Positions 35,846-47,636 of a stretch of DNA of 64,000 nt are shown here, one piece after another. Where the stretch lies: the NCBI GenBank assembly GCA_013239625.1, contig MU054001.1, positions 2,362,151 to 2,426,150 on the forward strand. Reading direction: 5' to 3'. The stretch's first letter is position 1; every line of letters begins with the position of its first letter. The notes below the pieces were generated by a model, which saw only the letters and a program-made list of their open reading frames with translations, made no database searches and was not told the DNA's origin. A program made the position numbers and the translations under genes. The stretch comes from Lama guanicoe. Taxonomy: Eukaryota.

Positions 35846-36074
35846 CTGTTGGTCTTCCCCTGTGTTCACCCCCCACAGTCTTCGCAAGCCTATTTCTGGT
35901 GCTGTTGAACTCGTGAGTACTGGTCTCATCTCAGCTTTTACAGCCGTATTGAGAACGCAACACCTGTTTTCCTTGTTTTTGAATGGCTGTTCCAAAGATG
36001 AGCGAAGGGTGCTCTGAGTGGTTTAGCGGTTAAGTACCAGTTGGGATCTTGCTCAAAACCAGTCATGTGGAGTT
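35846..36074 (+). repeat. Local direct duplication, copy 2
   Basis: See copy 1; the offset is 1,450 bp. Confidence 0.95.
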
Positions 36075-36339
36075 GTTAGTACCACGTGGTTGTGGCATTA
36101 TGTACATACATGGTTTTTGGAATTGCAAAATGAAAAATCGACCTACTATTGAATGTTATGGGTGGTGTTCTTTATTGTTTTTGCTAAACTTGCTCACACC
36201 TCTCCTTCCTGTCCAAGCTCAGGTTGTAGAACTCCCTGGCATTCCCTTTGCTTAAGCCACCTTAGTTTTTTTTTTCTTTTCTTTTCTTCTGTCTTTGTCT
36301 CTTTTTCTTTTTCTTTTCTCTTCTCTTCGTTCCTTCCTT

Positions 36340-36695
36340 CCATCCTCATGCCAGGTGCATTCCTAACTCAGAGCTTTTCCACTTGCTCTTCTGTAAAGGA
36401 TCTTTCCCCAGCTTTTGGTAAGGCTGGCTCCATCTCATTGTTTACTTCTTAGCACAACATGTCACCTCCTCCCAGAACCCTTTCCCATTCCTCCTCTCGA
36501 AAGTATCCTTCCCACAAGTCATTTTAAGTAACATAATCTTATTTTCCTTTCTTCATCTGAAATTCTTATTTATTGTCATCTATCTTTGTCTGTCCCCACT
36601 TGTCAGGGGCAGGGACCTTGCTAGCTGCATCTTAGGCACATGGAGTAGTGCCTGGCATGGAGTAACAAATGTGGCGTTTGTTGCATAAATGGACA
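36340..36695 (+). mobile_element. LINE L2 3' region
   Basis: atgtcacctcctcccagaaccctttcc…ggggcagggaccttg…gtagtgcctggcatggagta. Confidence 0.7.
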
Positions 36696-37619
36696 TAGTG
36701 AGCAGTAACTATGCTCTGGGTAAATAGAAAACAGAGGCTCATGTTGATCAGAAGATCCCCGGAGTAAAGTTCTGGGTTATAGAGCATTTGGAGTTGAAAT
36801 CGCTTTTGAAGAGGTTGAACACACTCTGTCAGCTTTGTAGTTTTTCCTTCAAAAATCTTCCTGGCACTCCAGCAATTATTGCCGAGGCAAATTTTTATTC
36901 CCTTGATTGAGTTGAAAGAAAATCAATGGGAACCCATATTTCTGTGCCTTTTACAGAATATGTCCTGATTTCTGGGACATAGTAATAAAAAATACCATAC
37001 TCTTTTCATGATCAAACTATTTTCAAAATGAACCACCAAATACCGTCAAACACAAAACACAGGGATTGTCACTTTAAATATATTATCTTACGTTAGAGCC
37101 TCATATTTGCTCTGGAGGGAGGTCTGACAGGGAGTAACATTTTAAAAACTGGGAAATAGGCAAAGTGGTAGTTGAACCTGGACTACCTGATTCCAAGTCC
37201 ACTTCTCCATTGTGTTCTGCTGCCTCCCTCAGGAGTTCTGAATTTATCCAGTGAGGCATTAGCTGTCTTGCTTGGTTTTCAGCATTGTTTGAAAGTATGA
37301 AGGCATTTTACACTGAAGAATTTTTTTTAAGTACATTCAATTTTTAAGTCATTAGAGCATGGGCTAATAGTGCTCAAACTTCTTGAGACATTAAGACTCA
37401 CTCTTCCAACTGTAGCTGGAATTCTTCATGTTTTCTTGGAATAGCTCCTACTTTTCTGGAACTGTTTGGGTTACTCAGAGTTCCCGTGTTCATTCTTTCC
37501 TACAAACACACATAATGAAAAATGCAGATCTGGGCTTTATAAAGAAGCACGTGCTTAACAGGGGAAAAAGAACATCCAAGTCTGTGAATGCTTTACCACC
37601 TATTAAAATTGATTTTAAA

Positions 37620-38000
37620 ACATCTTCCTATACTCACTCTTCTTTTGTATCACGAATACCTTTCTTTTGGGTATACTTTACATTAACTTTTCTATTTCAG
37701 TATCCTGAACTCGGAGCTTTTTATAGGATGTACTTGTTCTAATTAATTATGATTCCTATTCTCAGGCTGATGCTCAGATGGTCACAGCATGACCTGTGAG
37801 AGTCTTCTTCAGCTTCCTCCTTGGTCCTCTCTGCACCACCCCAGGCATCCCTGAGAGTCCTTTTGTTTTCTGAGAATCACAACAAGTCCCAGTTGATCTT
37901 GATTTTTTTTCCTGTCCCAACACACAGGATCAGCTATTCCCCAAGGAGCTCTGATTCCTTTTAGTAGAGAATAGTAGTAGAGTTTAAAAGTTGGATGCTG
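37620..38000 (-). mobile_element. Old L1 (L1MC/ME-like) 3' fragment
   Basis: tgatgctcagatggtc…ttcctgtccca…gatcagctattccccaaggagctctgattccttttagtagagaat. Confidence 0.6.
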
Positions 38001-39689
38001 TGCCATTCAAATGCCTCTGGGAAGAAGAAATGACTCCCTTGTTAGTTCATTTTAGGGAGACAGCCAAAAAGGTAATTTTTGGTGAAGGTCACGGGTTCAA
38101 ACAGCTATTTCCAGTTTAAATCCAGCATTACTAAATCCATTTTTTATTTTGTTCTAATATAAATTTATATATATATATTTCTGCTCAACATACCTACTTT
38201 AGATTTTTAAGGCCCTTGTCTTAAGTATTATGTACTTTTATTCCTTTCTCTTCTTTAATCTTTAATGTCTCATCCATCACTTTATTGACACAAATATTTT
38301 GAGATTATCCATGCTTGTCATAAGAGAAAAGGGAAAGACCAGTGAAAAAGAACCTTGCATTTTGTAAGTGGCATCATTTGTACCGAAGCGTATGTCTTTG
38401 TTCTTTTCTCTTGGAAATGCAACAGATAGAACTGATTTTTTTTTTTGAGGTATAAGGGGAGGGGGTGAGTTTCTAGGGACTGGAGGAATGTAGCTGATTT
38501 TGTACTTAGGTGCTCCATCCTCAACATTATCAACAGCAAATATCTCTGGTTTCTAGGGTGGTGGGACAGGGGATCCTTTTAGGTGGGTCTCGCAAATACC
38601 ATGACTGGCCGTGTAAGTACCAGCTCGAGAACTGCTGTGGATCTTAGACTTTGGACTTGCGCATGCATATTTAAAACTTAATTGTATTAGTAGAACTGCT
38701 CATGTCAGCCATATGTTCAATATATAATAAGATGGCATGCTAAAAGTCTGTTTTAACCAGTACCTAGCAGTTAATGTGTTTATCCGTATTTAAGCATTAT
38801 GTATGTTTGTGTGTGGACATGTCCACACACACACACAGACACATGAGGCCCCATTGCATCATCCGGAGGAACTGTGAGTGGGTGTATGTGATTGACAAGT
38901 GTGAAATTGAATTTAATATGAGAGTCTCTGTCTTAGGTAAAATATTTGAAAGAGCGTTGATGGCGAAAAGCTGTCTAGCTTTGGAAAAAAACGGCTTATG
39001 TGTTTTGGGAGCAAGAGGTCTGAATGTTAAATTTTCATTTAAATGGCAAAACACTTTTAGAACTACACTGAAGAATTTGGCTTTAGTGGGAAAACTTTAA
39101 TTTGCCTATAACATGAGGTACAAGTTATTAATTGCACCAAAGATAACATACTAATTAAAAGGTTCATGTATAGTTGTCAGAGGTTAACAGTGCACACTGA
39201 CAGACTTGGAATAGAAACTAATTATGTTATGTTCTCTAAAAGGAGTATTTTTACCCGCGAATGTATGATACCTTATTATAGTACTGTTTTTTCCTTAGCT
39301 TGGAGAAAATCTATTAGATGTTAGATGTTCTTTATAATAAAATTGCAATGAGAAGCGTTCAAACCAATGACGAGGCTCTATAAATAGCCTTACTTGCAAC
39401 ATTAGCTTCAAGCATAGTTAAAGAGAGAATTCCAAGTCAACATTTAGTCATATTTTTAGCTTGTAAGAAAGATTCGCAAAGTAGAACTTTCCTAAACTTC
39501 ATTATCTTGGGTGGAAAGAACACCCCAAGAACCAGGTTTTCTGGAAATACTCTCTCTAGTGCTTCTTTTTGGATTACTCCATTAATGACAGTCATCTTTT
39601 GATTGTTAGTATGCCAGAATTTTGGGTTTGTTCACTCTTTTATTGCATTGTGAACATCTTAATTGTGATATTTACATGTGTATATAACT

Positions 39690-40375
39690 ACATTGTGGAT
39701 TTAAATTACACAATGTATTTCACATACAAGAGTGTAATTAATGAATAGTTTAAAGAGTAATAATAAAGCTATATTGCCTATCTACCCAACTTAATTGAAA
39801 TTTATCAGTCATGTTGACGTCTTCTCAATTGTAAGTCCCTCCATTCCCCAACCCCGGAGGTAGTCACCTTCCTAAATTTGATGTGTATCATTCCCTTGTT
39901 TTTCTTTATAGTTTTACCATACATCTGACTATCTCTCAACAACATATTGTTTAGTTTTGCATATTTCTAATCTCTTTAATAAATGGAACTGTAATGTGCA
40001 TTTTCTTTTTTGGCTCACTTTTCCCCCCCTTGGTATTATTTTTGTGATGTTCATCTAAGTTGTCACCCATGGCTGTGCTTTTTTGGCGTTCACTGCTGTA
40101 CACTCTTCCACTGTATGGACTTAGTATTTCCGCCAGTGGGCGTTTGAATGCATTACCAACATTTTGCTATTATAGACAGTGTCCCTGCACGCATCTTGTA
40201 TCTCTACCCCAGTGCAACATACAAGAGTTTCTCTCCTGTGTTTGCTTAGGAGTGGAACTCATGGGTTTTAGGGTATATGCTCGACCAGGTGATTGACTGG
40301 GTTGAACTGTTTTCCAGAGAGATTGTACTAATTTACACACTCACCCAGAATATATCTGTGTTAGACATCTCCTCC
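39690..40375 (-). mobile_element. Old L1ME-like 3' fragment
   Basis: tttctttatagttttaccat…aacatattgtttagttttgc…taggagtggaa…aactgttttccagagagattgtactaatttacac. Confidence 0.75.
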
Positions 40376-43300
40376 AAATCAGCCTTCATATTAACGTCTC
40401 CAGGTATTTGTATAATTCATTAATTCTCTAATTAAATCAAAGGCAAACTTTTCCTATATGATGGAAACTTATAGCAATTCTGCTATGATTTACAGAATTT
40501 GCTTACAGTGCTTAGTCAAAAGTGCTCAATATTTTTGATCAAATATTAAACGTGTTCAGAAACAACCCTGAAGCTCATTCATAATATTGTCATTGTTATG
40601 CAGACTCCGTAGCTTGGTCGTGATTGAGTTGAGTCAGCTGATTGGCTTTCATTCCTTTCTGGGCTTTTTTTCTGCCACCTAACAGGATTGAAAGTCACTG
40701 TTTTCAAATAATATAATCTAGACACCAGAAAGGAAGGAGAAAGATAATATTAGCCCTAGTAAAATGTAATTAAGATCATAGATAAGCTGTAAAACTGATC
40801 TAACGTATAAATGAAATCCTCAGTCTGTAACTTCTAGACTTTGGTACCAGTTCTGGACTAACTGATACCTTGGGTTGTCGAAGGCATCCCTGTCCTCTGT
40901 TAATATGGACGTAACTGAATATATCATGTTCCTTAAAGTAGTTTTTGACATAGTGTTTTCCCAGATGTTTCTTTTCTTGTTTGAGGCTCATTTTGCTTAC
41001 TAAAATGTGTGCAAACAATTAAGTATAAATGTTGAAGTGAAGGTCTCATGACTCCTTTAAGGTTCGTCTTCCTAAACTTCATCACAGAAGCACCCCTGAT
41101 GGCAAAGAAGGCAGACAACGCATATTCTTCAAAGTCATTTCACCGGCCGCAATCCTTTAAAGTCTCTTATTTTTTTTTTTAAATACAGTTTTTGCATTCT
41201 TTTATGTAGTTTCTCCACCTTTGCTATAAAACCAAAGCCATGACTTTCTCCCCCTATTCTTTGAGTAAAATTAGGAAAATATCCGCTTCATTCTGTAACT
41301 TGGAAAACATGTTTGTGTATCTCCTCTGTGCCTGTGTACCCCAGTTAAATATTGGGATGCCACACGTTTCAGCATTAACTATGAGCTGTGCAGGTCTCAT
41401 CACCTTGAGAGTCAATGACCGCTTTGTTGGAAGCTGTTGAACAGTATAAACAAAATTCAGATCTCTGTGGGGGACTTTAATCTTGGTTTCTGGCTACTTT
41501 AAATCCAGTAGCCTCCATGAGAACCTCCTTGGAGAGTTTGACGCACGCACTACTACATCATAAATGATAACACTTCTTGGATGAAGTCAATTTAGAAGGA
41601 CATTGTAAGGAAAGTCAGAGTTCCAAGGAGGAGAAAGTTAATGTCATTCAATCATGTTTTTGAATCTTGTAAATGATTGTAAATGGTATCATCATTGGAG
41701 ACCTCCACAATAGTTCCACCCATAGAAGTCCTCTTTTCCAAACCTTGCCTTTGGCCTCTGATTACTTTGTGAACTTGACCAATATACTTGTGATGAACAA
41801 CTTTTAGTAGGGGGCTGGCTACCATGACCCTATGACCTTTAAAGGAAAGGCCAAGAATCCTTAAGTTGTGCACTGTAGATGACTTGACTCTGTCTGTTAT
41901 TCAGTCTGATACTTTACTCGGTGGGTTGGGCTGAGATGAAGGCTCTGGTGGCTGTCTGTTCTGAATTCTTACCTATGGGGGATTATTCACCTTCTTGTTC
42001 TCTCCCCTTTCCTCACCTTGGACCTGGCTTCTAGCATTTGGAGAAAATACTCCTCTTTATCTGTTATATTTGTTCATGACTTGTGGTAGTTAGATCTTTG
42101 AGCGCGTGGGAATGGGGGCTGAGTATTTTGTGTATTTCTGGTGCATGCCTACCAAAACTTGAAACCAAGAGGCACTTTGTGCATTGTTTTTAGCATGAGA
42201 AGAGTTTTAATTGCACTGCCTCCAAAATTCTTGGATGTAGGTAAAATAGCCTTAGAATTGAATATTGAGACCCTTTTCCTACGATGACTTTAATTTTTAC
42301 TACATTCAGGACTCAGTCCAGGGCTAAGTTAGTAAAATTCATCAAGGTTTCAAATATGTTTAGATAAAAATCGAGATTCTCCTAGATGGATATTTCTTAA
42401 TTCTTATTGTGATAGAAAAGTATTAGCTAGTTGAGTGTGATTCTCACTGTTTTGTTCCCCAGAAGGGCCTTGGGCCTTATCCATGAGGCCATTCTCTGGA
42501 CTCCAGAGCGGTTGGTGGGTTTTGTGGCAAAATCCAGCCATCAGCTTCATGAAAACCCAATCTAGTTACATTGTCTAGCATAATCTGTAATTATTCCTAT
42601 GCTTCCGCATTGTCAATTTGTTTAATGTTTAGTTTGGAGACCCTGGCATTCAGAGCTTATTGTCGCTAAAGAATCAAGCAAACAAGTAATCCCTCTGGGG
42701 AAAAAAAATGGACTAACCAAATGATGATTATTGTTACTCGAATGGGCAGTTAATAAAATCAGAGCTATTGGTGGCATAAAGTAATTAATCGTTCCATCTT
42801 AACTGCTTTGATGACTAAAATGAAGGTAGTGAAAGGTTAGATTGAGGGATTCCTAGCCTGGCTTTTTCTTTCCCATCTATTGATTTCCTTACCTGCTCTT
42901 CATTATCTGGCTTGTTTAAAAGTTTCTCTCCTTTTGATACATTACCAGAGGCTGCTGTTCTGTCGGAATTTCTTGACTCTCCTCTCTCCATTTCCCTGGA
43001 TCAAACCCCTTGCCTTCCCATCTGTCATGTCTGATCCTTCACTTGTCCATCCCTGTAGGTCTTTAAGAACCTCCTTTATCCTGACAGTGAAACAAACCAC
43101 ATCTCTTCCATCCTTTGAATCTCACCTGTGCTTTGGAATGTTGTCATGTGAGCAAGAAGGAACATAGCATGACTATGCTCTCCAACCGCTGAGTGTGTGT
43201 GTGTGTGTGTTTGGTGGGGAGCCCCATGTACACAAGATATTTCTCATTCTCTTCATTTTAGAACGTGAGCTTCTTTAGGAAATACGCCTTTTCATCCTTC

Positions 43301-43999
43301 CCCAACCACAAAAATTGTTGCACAACTAGGACTGGTTGGCATATGCTGTCCTGATGTTCAATTTTACTAAAAGAAACTACTTAATCCCTGGATTTTCAAG
43401 ACCTGTTATTTATTAAATAGCTCATCTCATGCTATAGTGAATATGAAAGTGGTGATTCTGTTGGAGGACAAATACCAGAATATGACTACTTGATTTTAAA
43501 AACAACACTAAAGCAGTTTTGGAGTGGTGTGTAATTATCTCGCACTTTTGCTCTTAGAGTGTTGTTTTATAGGACTGAAACTTGTTAATTTACAATATGT
43601 GTGTTATTTCCATAAATGCATACTTTGTTTCAAGTAATGTAGAATAATGCTCTTTTCATTTATTTTTTATTTATTATTCTTTCGTAGGTGGAGAGAAACA
43701 TGTTATATAGAATTTTCTCTAAAAAACCTTTCAGTACAGTTTAAATGTTAACTATTACTTTCTGTTGCCTTTCTCTTTTGTAAAACATTAGAACGGGTTA
43801 CATTTTCATTTGGAAACTAATGTAACATTTTGCCATCTCCCTCTCTTCTTTCATTTGTTTCATTGATTCCTACATTCAGTGCGAGTCCCGAGGGACGTTC
43901 GCATTGTGCTGGGTGTTTTTAATATCATTAGAGTTAAGCCGGAAGAAAGTTGGTGGCAACAGTTGTGATAGGATGAGGGGTAGGAGTGTTCCTTACGTG

Positions 44000-44135
44000 T
44001 ATCAACTGTCTGGTCCTCACAAGGAATGACCCTCTGAGGTCAGGACTGTCATCATCTCAGTTTTACAGGTGCGGGAACCGACACCTTGAGATGGTAGATT
44101 ACTCGCCCAGAGCCACTCAGCTGTCCCAGAACCCA
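44000..44135 (-). mobile_element. MIR SINE
   Basis: tcctcaca…ctgaggtcagg…cagttttacaggtgcgggaaccga…actcgcccagagccactcagct. Confidence 0.7.
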
Positions 44136-44291
44136 GCCCTGTTTGACGTCATAGCCCGAGGCTCTTTCTTTATTCTACATTTTTATATTTTCCAAATTTC
44201 TTTAATGAGCAAACATAATTTTTATGGGGGGAAAATCCCAGGAAACAGCAATCTTAAAAGAAATTAAATAGATCCAAATAGTAATTTAAAC

Positions 44292-44505
44292 CAGGGTTCA
44301 ACGAACTGTGGCCCATGGGCCGGTCGCCTGTGTTTGTAAATAAAGTTTTATGGGATGCAGCCACACTCACTCATTTATGTCTGTCTGTGGTGGCTTTCAT
44401 GCTACATCAGGCAGAGCTGCGTAGTTGCAACAGAGACCAGAAGGCTCACGGAGCCTACAAAATATTGACTGTCTGGTCCTTTAAGAAAAAGTTTGCTGAT
44501 CTCTG
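44292..44505. mobile_element. hAT-Charlie MER58A
   Basis: TIRs CAGGGTTCAAC…TTGCTGATCTCTG, body tttgtaaataaagttttat…gtagttgcaacagagacc, and TSD atttaaac/attcaaat. Confidence 0.88.
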
Positions 44506-45560
44506 ATTCAAATAACATGTAAAAATGCATTGCTATTGTTATTATTCATATTAGTATTATACCAGCAAATCAATGTTATACTTATAGCAAGAAGCAGTAT
44601 TGTTTGATAATATTTTGAAATTCCCAGAAACTGAGTCACCAAGGTTCAGTCTTCATGAGGCTATTATGGAATTTTTATGTTAGTCTCTCCAAAAAGTTTT
44701 GTAATAATTGTAAAACACTTTCTCTGCTTTTAGTTTAATTAGAAGTTATATTTAAGAGATCTTTCTAGAATTTTTTGCTTTGACTACAGTATAATTAATT
44801 TGGTCGAACTTCACTATTAAAGATTATTCTTAAAAACCTTACTGCTTTTTGTTAAACATGGCAGCCTGGATCAATGGTAGTTTTCCTTTTTTTGCTGCTG
44901 GATTATTTTCTCAATCTTTGCTTTTTGTTGAGAATAGACTTTTATTTTTTAACTGAAAATTGTTTCCTTTTCTCGAAGACCCATTCTTGTAGTTTTGACC
45001 TGCATAATATTTATTACTGCTTATCTTGCTGGAAACCGGCTTTCTGGCTAATATAAAAGAGCAGACATTTTGGAAATGAGAATTAAATTTGCGAAATGGA
45101 AGGAGTGTGGCTTTTGCTTGCCGTGTTAGATTTCCTTTCTGGTTTTTATGGATGCAGCTTTTATTTTTGTATTCCTGGTACTGCTCATAGGCTGGCAAAC
45201 AGTTGGTGCTCAGGAAATGCTTGACTGTCTTATTATAGTGTTGGAAGGAACTTTCAGGAAAAAGAATGGAGTGTCAGTGTCCCAGAAAACTATGTGTTGA
45301 TAAGCCACCTGGGAGAATGTGGCCACTTCATTGACAGGCCTTATTGACATACTCAAGTCTTGTTTGGTGAGTATTCAAGTTACAGGAAATTGATATCTTT
45401 CTTCTCTTCTCTGTTGTTTCCTTCTCTCAAGTAATTTCAGGATAGTGGGACAAGTCCGTGCCACTCCAGGAAAGAAGGCGGAGGGAGCCTTAGCTGGTGG
45501 CGTGGTTGTTTCTTATAGATTATTCTAGATAGGGAGGGTTGTCAAGAGGAATTTGTTTAG

Positions 45561-46053
45561 CAGTAGTTTCCCCAGTATGGTCTCACATAGCTCAGGGAAT
45601 GACTTCAGGATCAGAGAAGAAAATGTTAGTAATTCTCTTTATATTTCTCATCCTTTTTCATTACCCTTTTTGATATGTTTTAAAATATGCATAATATGTC
45701 AGAATGGTGGTAATTATGTATATAAATTATAACTAAGTAAACCTGCATATGTTGGCGGTGGATGCCTGTGGTTTTAGGGAGACATTACAGGGGCTTAAGA
45801 GTGTGGACCCCGCAGCCTGCTTGTGTGCGTCACCAGGTAGCCTTGGCCATGGTCCTCAGTTTGTTCCTCTCTAGGGTAGGCGTAGTAATGGTGCCTGTCT
45901 CATAGGTTGTTGTGAGGGATGAATGAATTAACATATGGAAAGGGCTTTGAACTGTGCCTAGCACCATGGTAAGTAATAGGAAAGTGTTAACTATTATCAT
46001 TTATATGAATATTTTTAGTAGAAGATTGTAATAGAAAATAATTGGGGACTACT
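45561..46053. mobile_element. hAT-Charlie (MER112-like) element interrupted by a MIR
   Basis: TIR-like ends cagtagtttcccca…ttggggactact and an AT-rich body (atgtatataaattata). MIR sequence occupies about 45767-46005. Confidence 0.55.
45767..46005 (+). mobile_element. MIR SINE
   Basis: ttaagagtgtggac…ccttggcc…cctcagtttgttcctct…ctcataggttgttgtgaggga…gtgcctagcac…aagtgttaactattat. Confidence 0.8.
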
Positions 46054-46089
46054 TACTTAGAATTTAAGATTTCAGAATTAGCCTGTTTT

Positions 46090-46410
46090 TAGTTTGAGTC
46101 CAGGTTTTCTTGCTGTGTGATTGTGGACAAGTCACCTAACCTCTCTGAGCTTTGCCTCCTTAGCTGTAAATGGGGATGGTAATAATAAAAAGACCACATT
46201 TTGTTGACTAAGGCACACATTTTTTCACATTTTAGTATGTCTGTAGTTGGAGTGTATCTTCTAATCAGTAGTGCCCTCGGTTTTAGAAAATATGCTAGTT
46301 TTAATCTCATAAGGCTGTTGTGAAGGATAAATTAGATAATTAATGGTAAGTGATTAGCATAATGCCTAGCATACAGGAAGTGCTCAATAAATGTTAACTG
46401 TTGTTATTAA
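46090..46410 (+). mobile_element. MIR SINE, split by a nested element
   Basis: gctgtgtgattgtggacaagtcacctaacctctctgagc…tgtaaatggggat, [insert], then ctcataaggctgttgtgaaggataaa…gtgctcaataaatgtta. Confidence 0.85.
46194..46295. mobile_element. TcMar-Tc2 MER104-like element nested in the MIR
   Basis: ccacattt…ctaaggcacacattttttcacatttta…gtgtatcttctaatc…gaaaatatgc followed by TA. Confidence 0.6.
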
Positions 46411-47613
46411 GGCATATTGTCACATGAATTATTCTAAAAGGGTAGTGAGAAAACAAAATGCAGTGACAGTCGTTGGAAGGTTTTGGAGATCAGCTCATGA
46501 TATCCTGTAGGAGCATAGATTTCATCCCTCACAACTCTTGGAAATGCTTCTGTGGTACCCAGCTTGAGAAACATCGCAGCCTTTTAATGTTCTCCAGAAA
46601 TCTTAGTGAAACATCACGTGTGATACTGTTGGTTCATATGTTCAAATGCTGATTAGGTGGTACCAATACTGGTCAATTAGCAGGGTATTTGTTGACTGTA
46701 AGGCTGTCAGGATTTTCAGACTATGCTGAGGAGGTGGTATGCATTGGGATGTGTTTTATTTACATACTCTTTGCTTCTTGTTCAAATCATAGTGCCACCT
46801 CCTTCAATAACTGAGATGTTTAAACAAAAAGGTAACTAATGTGCAAATACAGGGTAAAATTTGATGCAGTGTGACTTCCTTTGCCAACTAAACATTAGTG
46901 AGTTGTTTCTTTTAAATCTCTTAAAAACAGCATTAACTCTTCTATTAGGAGAAGAAAACCATGGTCAGCAAACCCTTTTCCACTTCTAGAACGCCCCATC
47001 TTTTGCGGAGATGGAAAACCTCTGGCCTGTGTGCAAAAGTATCCATTCTTACCCCGAGCCAGAAGCAGGAATTCATGGTTGTGGCTTTGGAGCCAGTGAG
47101 TCTTGTGTTTAAACCAAAGATTGACGCCTGCCATGGTTTTCTGCTGGTGTCAGACATCTCTGTGCTCTCGGAAACTGATAGAGAACTGACTTGGAAAGAG
47201 CTTTTGTGAAGGGACTCCTTGCCTCGTACTTGGGGAGATGCTTGAGTTGTAGTTCCACGCTCCTCTGCTCACCCTCTACCTGGCCCTCAGCTGTATGTGT
47301 GAAAGCACATTTTCAGCTCACGAGAACCACAAGTCCAGGTGTGTACTTTCTGCCAGCTGAGAGTCTCCAGGTCTTAGATCCTTCCAGACTATAGAGAGGA
47401 GATTGGCTTAGAGATAAATAATCACAACAAAGTTTACAGCCTTTCTATTTGGGGTGGAGGACAGGGATAAAAGAGAGCCTTTGGCCAAAATCCTTCACAC
47501 TGTTTTACTCCATCATTTCGTTTATGGTGGATTTTTAGAATCAGTCAGGTCTTTAAAATCTGATTCCAGAAGTGATGTACTCTTCATACTCTGTCTAGAA
47601 TCCTCCCATTTAC

Positions 47614-47636
47614 GTGTGTGTGTGTGTGTGTGTGTG
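47614..47636. repeat. (GT)n microsatellite
   Basis: Direct reading. Confidence 0.9.

Noticed and set aside
34389..36074. Duplicated unit read as the LTR pair of a retroelement
   Set aside because: No TG...CA termini, PBS, PPT or TSD, and the spacer contains an ancient MIR rather than retroviral sequence.
40630..40646. Isolated ARE/AP-1-like motifs (TGAGTCAGC here, TGACTCAGC at 59233-59241)
   Set aside because: Single 9-mers are expected at roughly this frequency by chance, and there is no supporting context.
41468..41482. VGDFN, resembling a LINE endonuclease motif
   Set aside because: Five residues with no surrounding ORF similarity.
46952..47142. 12-bp inverted repeat AGAAAACCATGG/CCATGGTTTTCT
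   Set aside because: About one such pair at this spacing is expected by chance in 64 kb. No TSD or MITE body was recognised.
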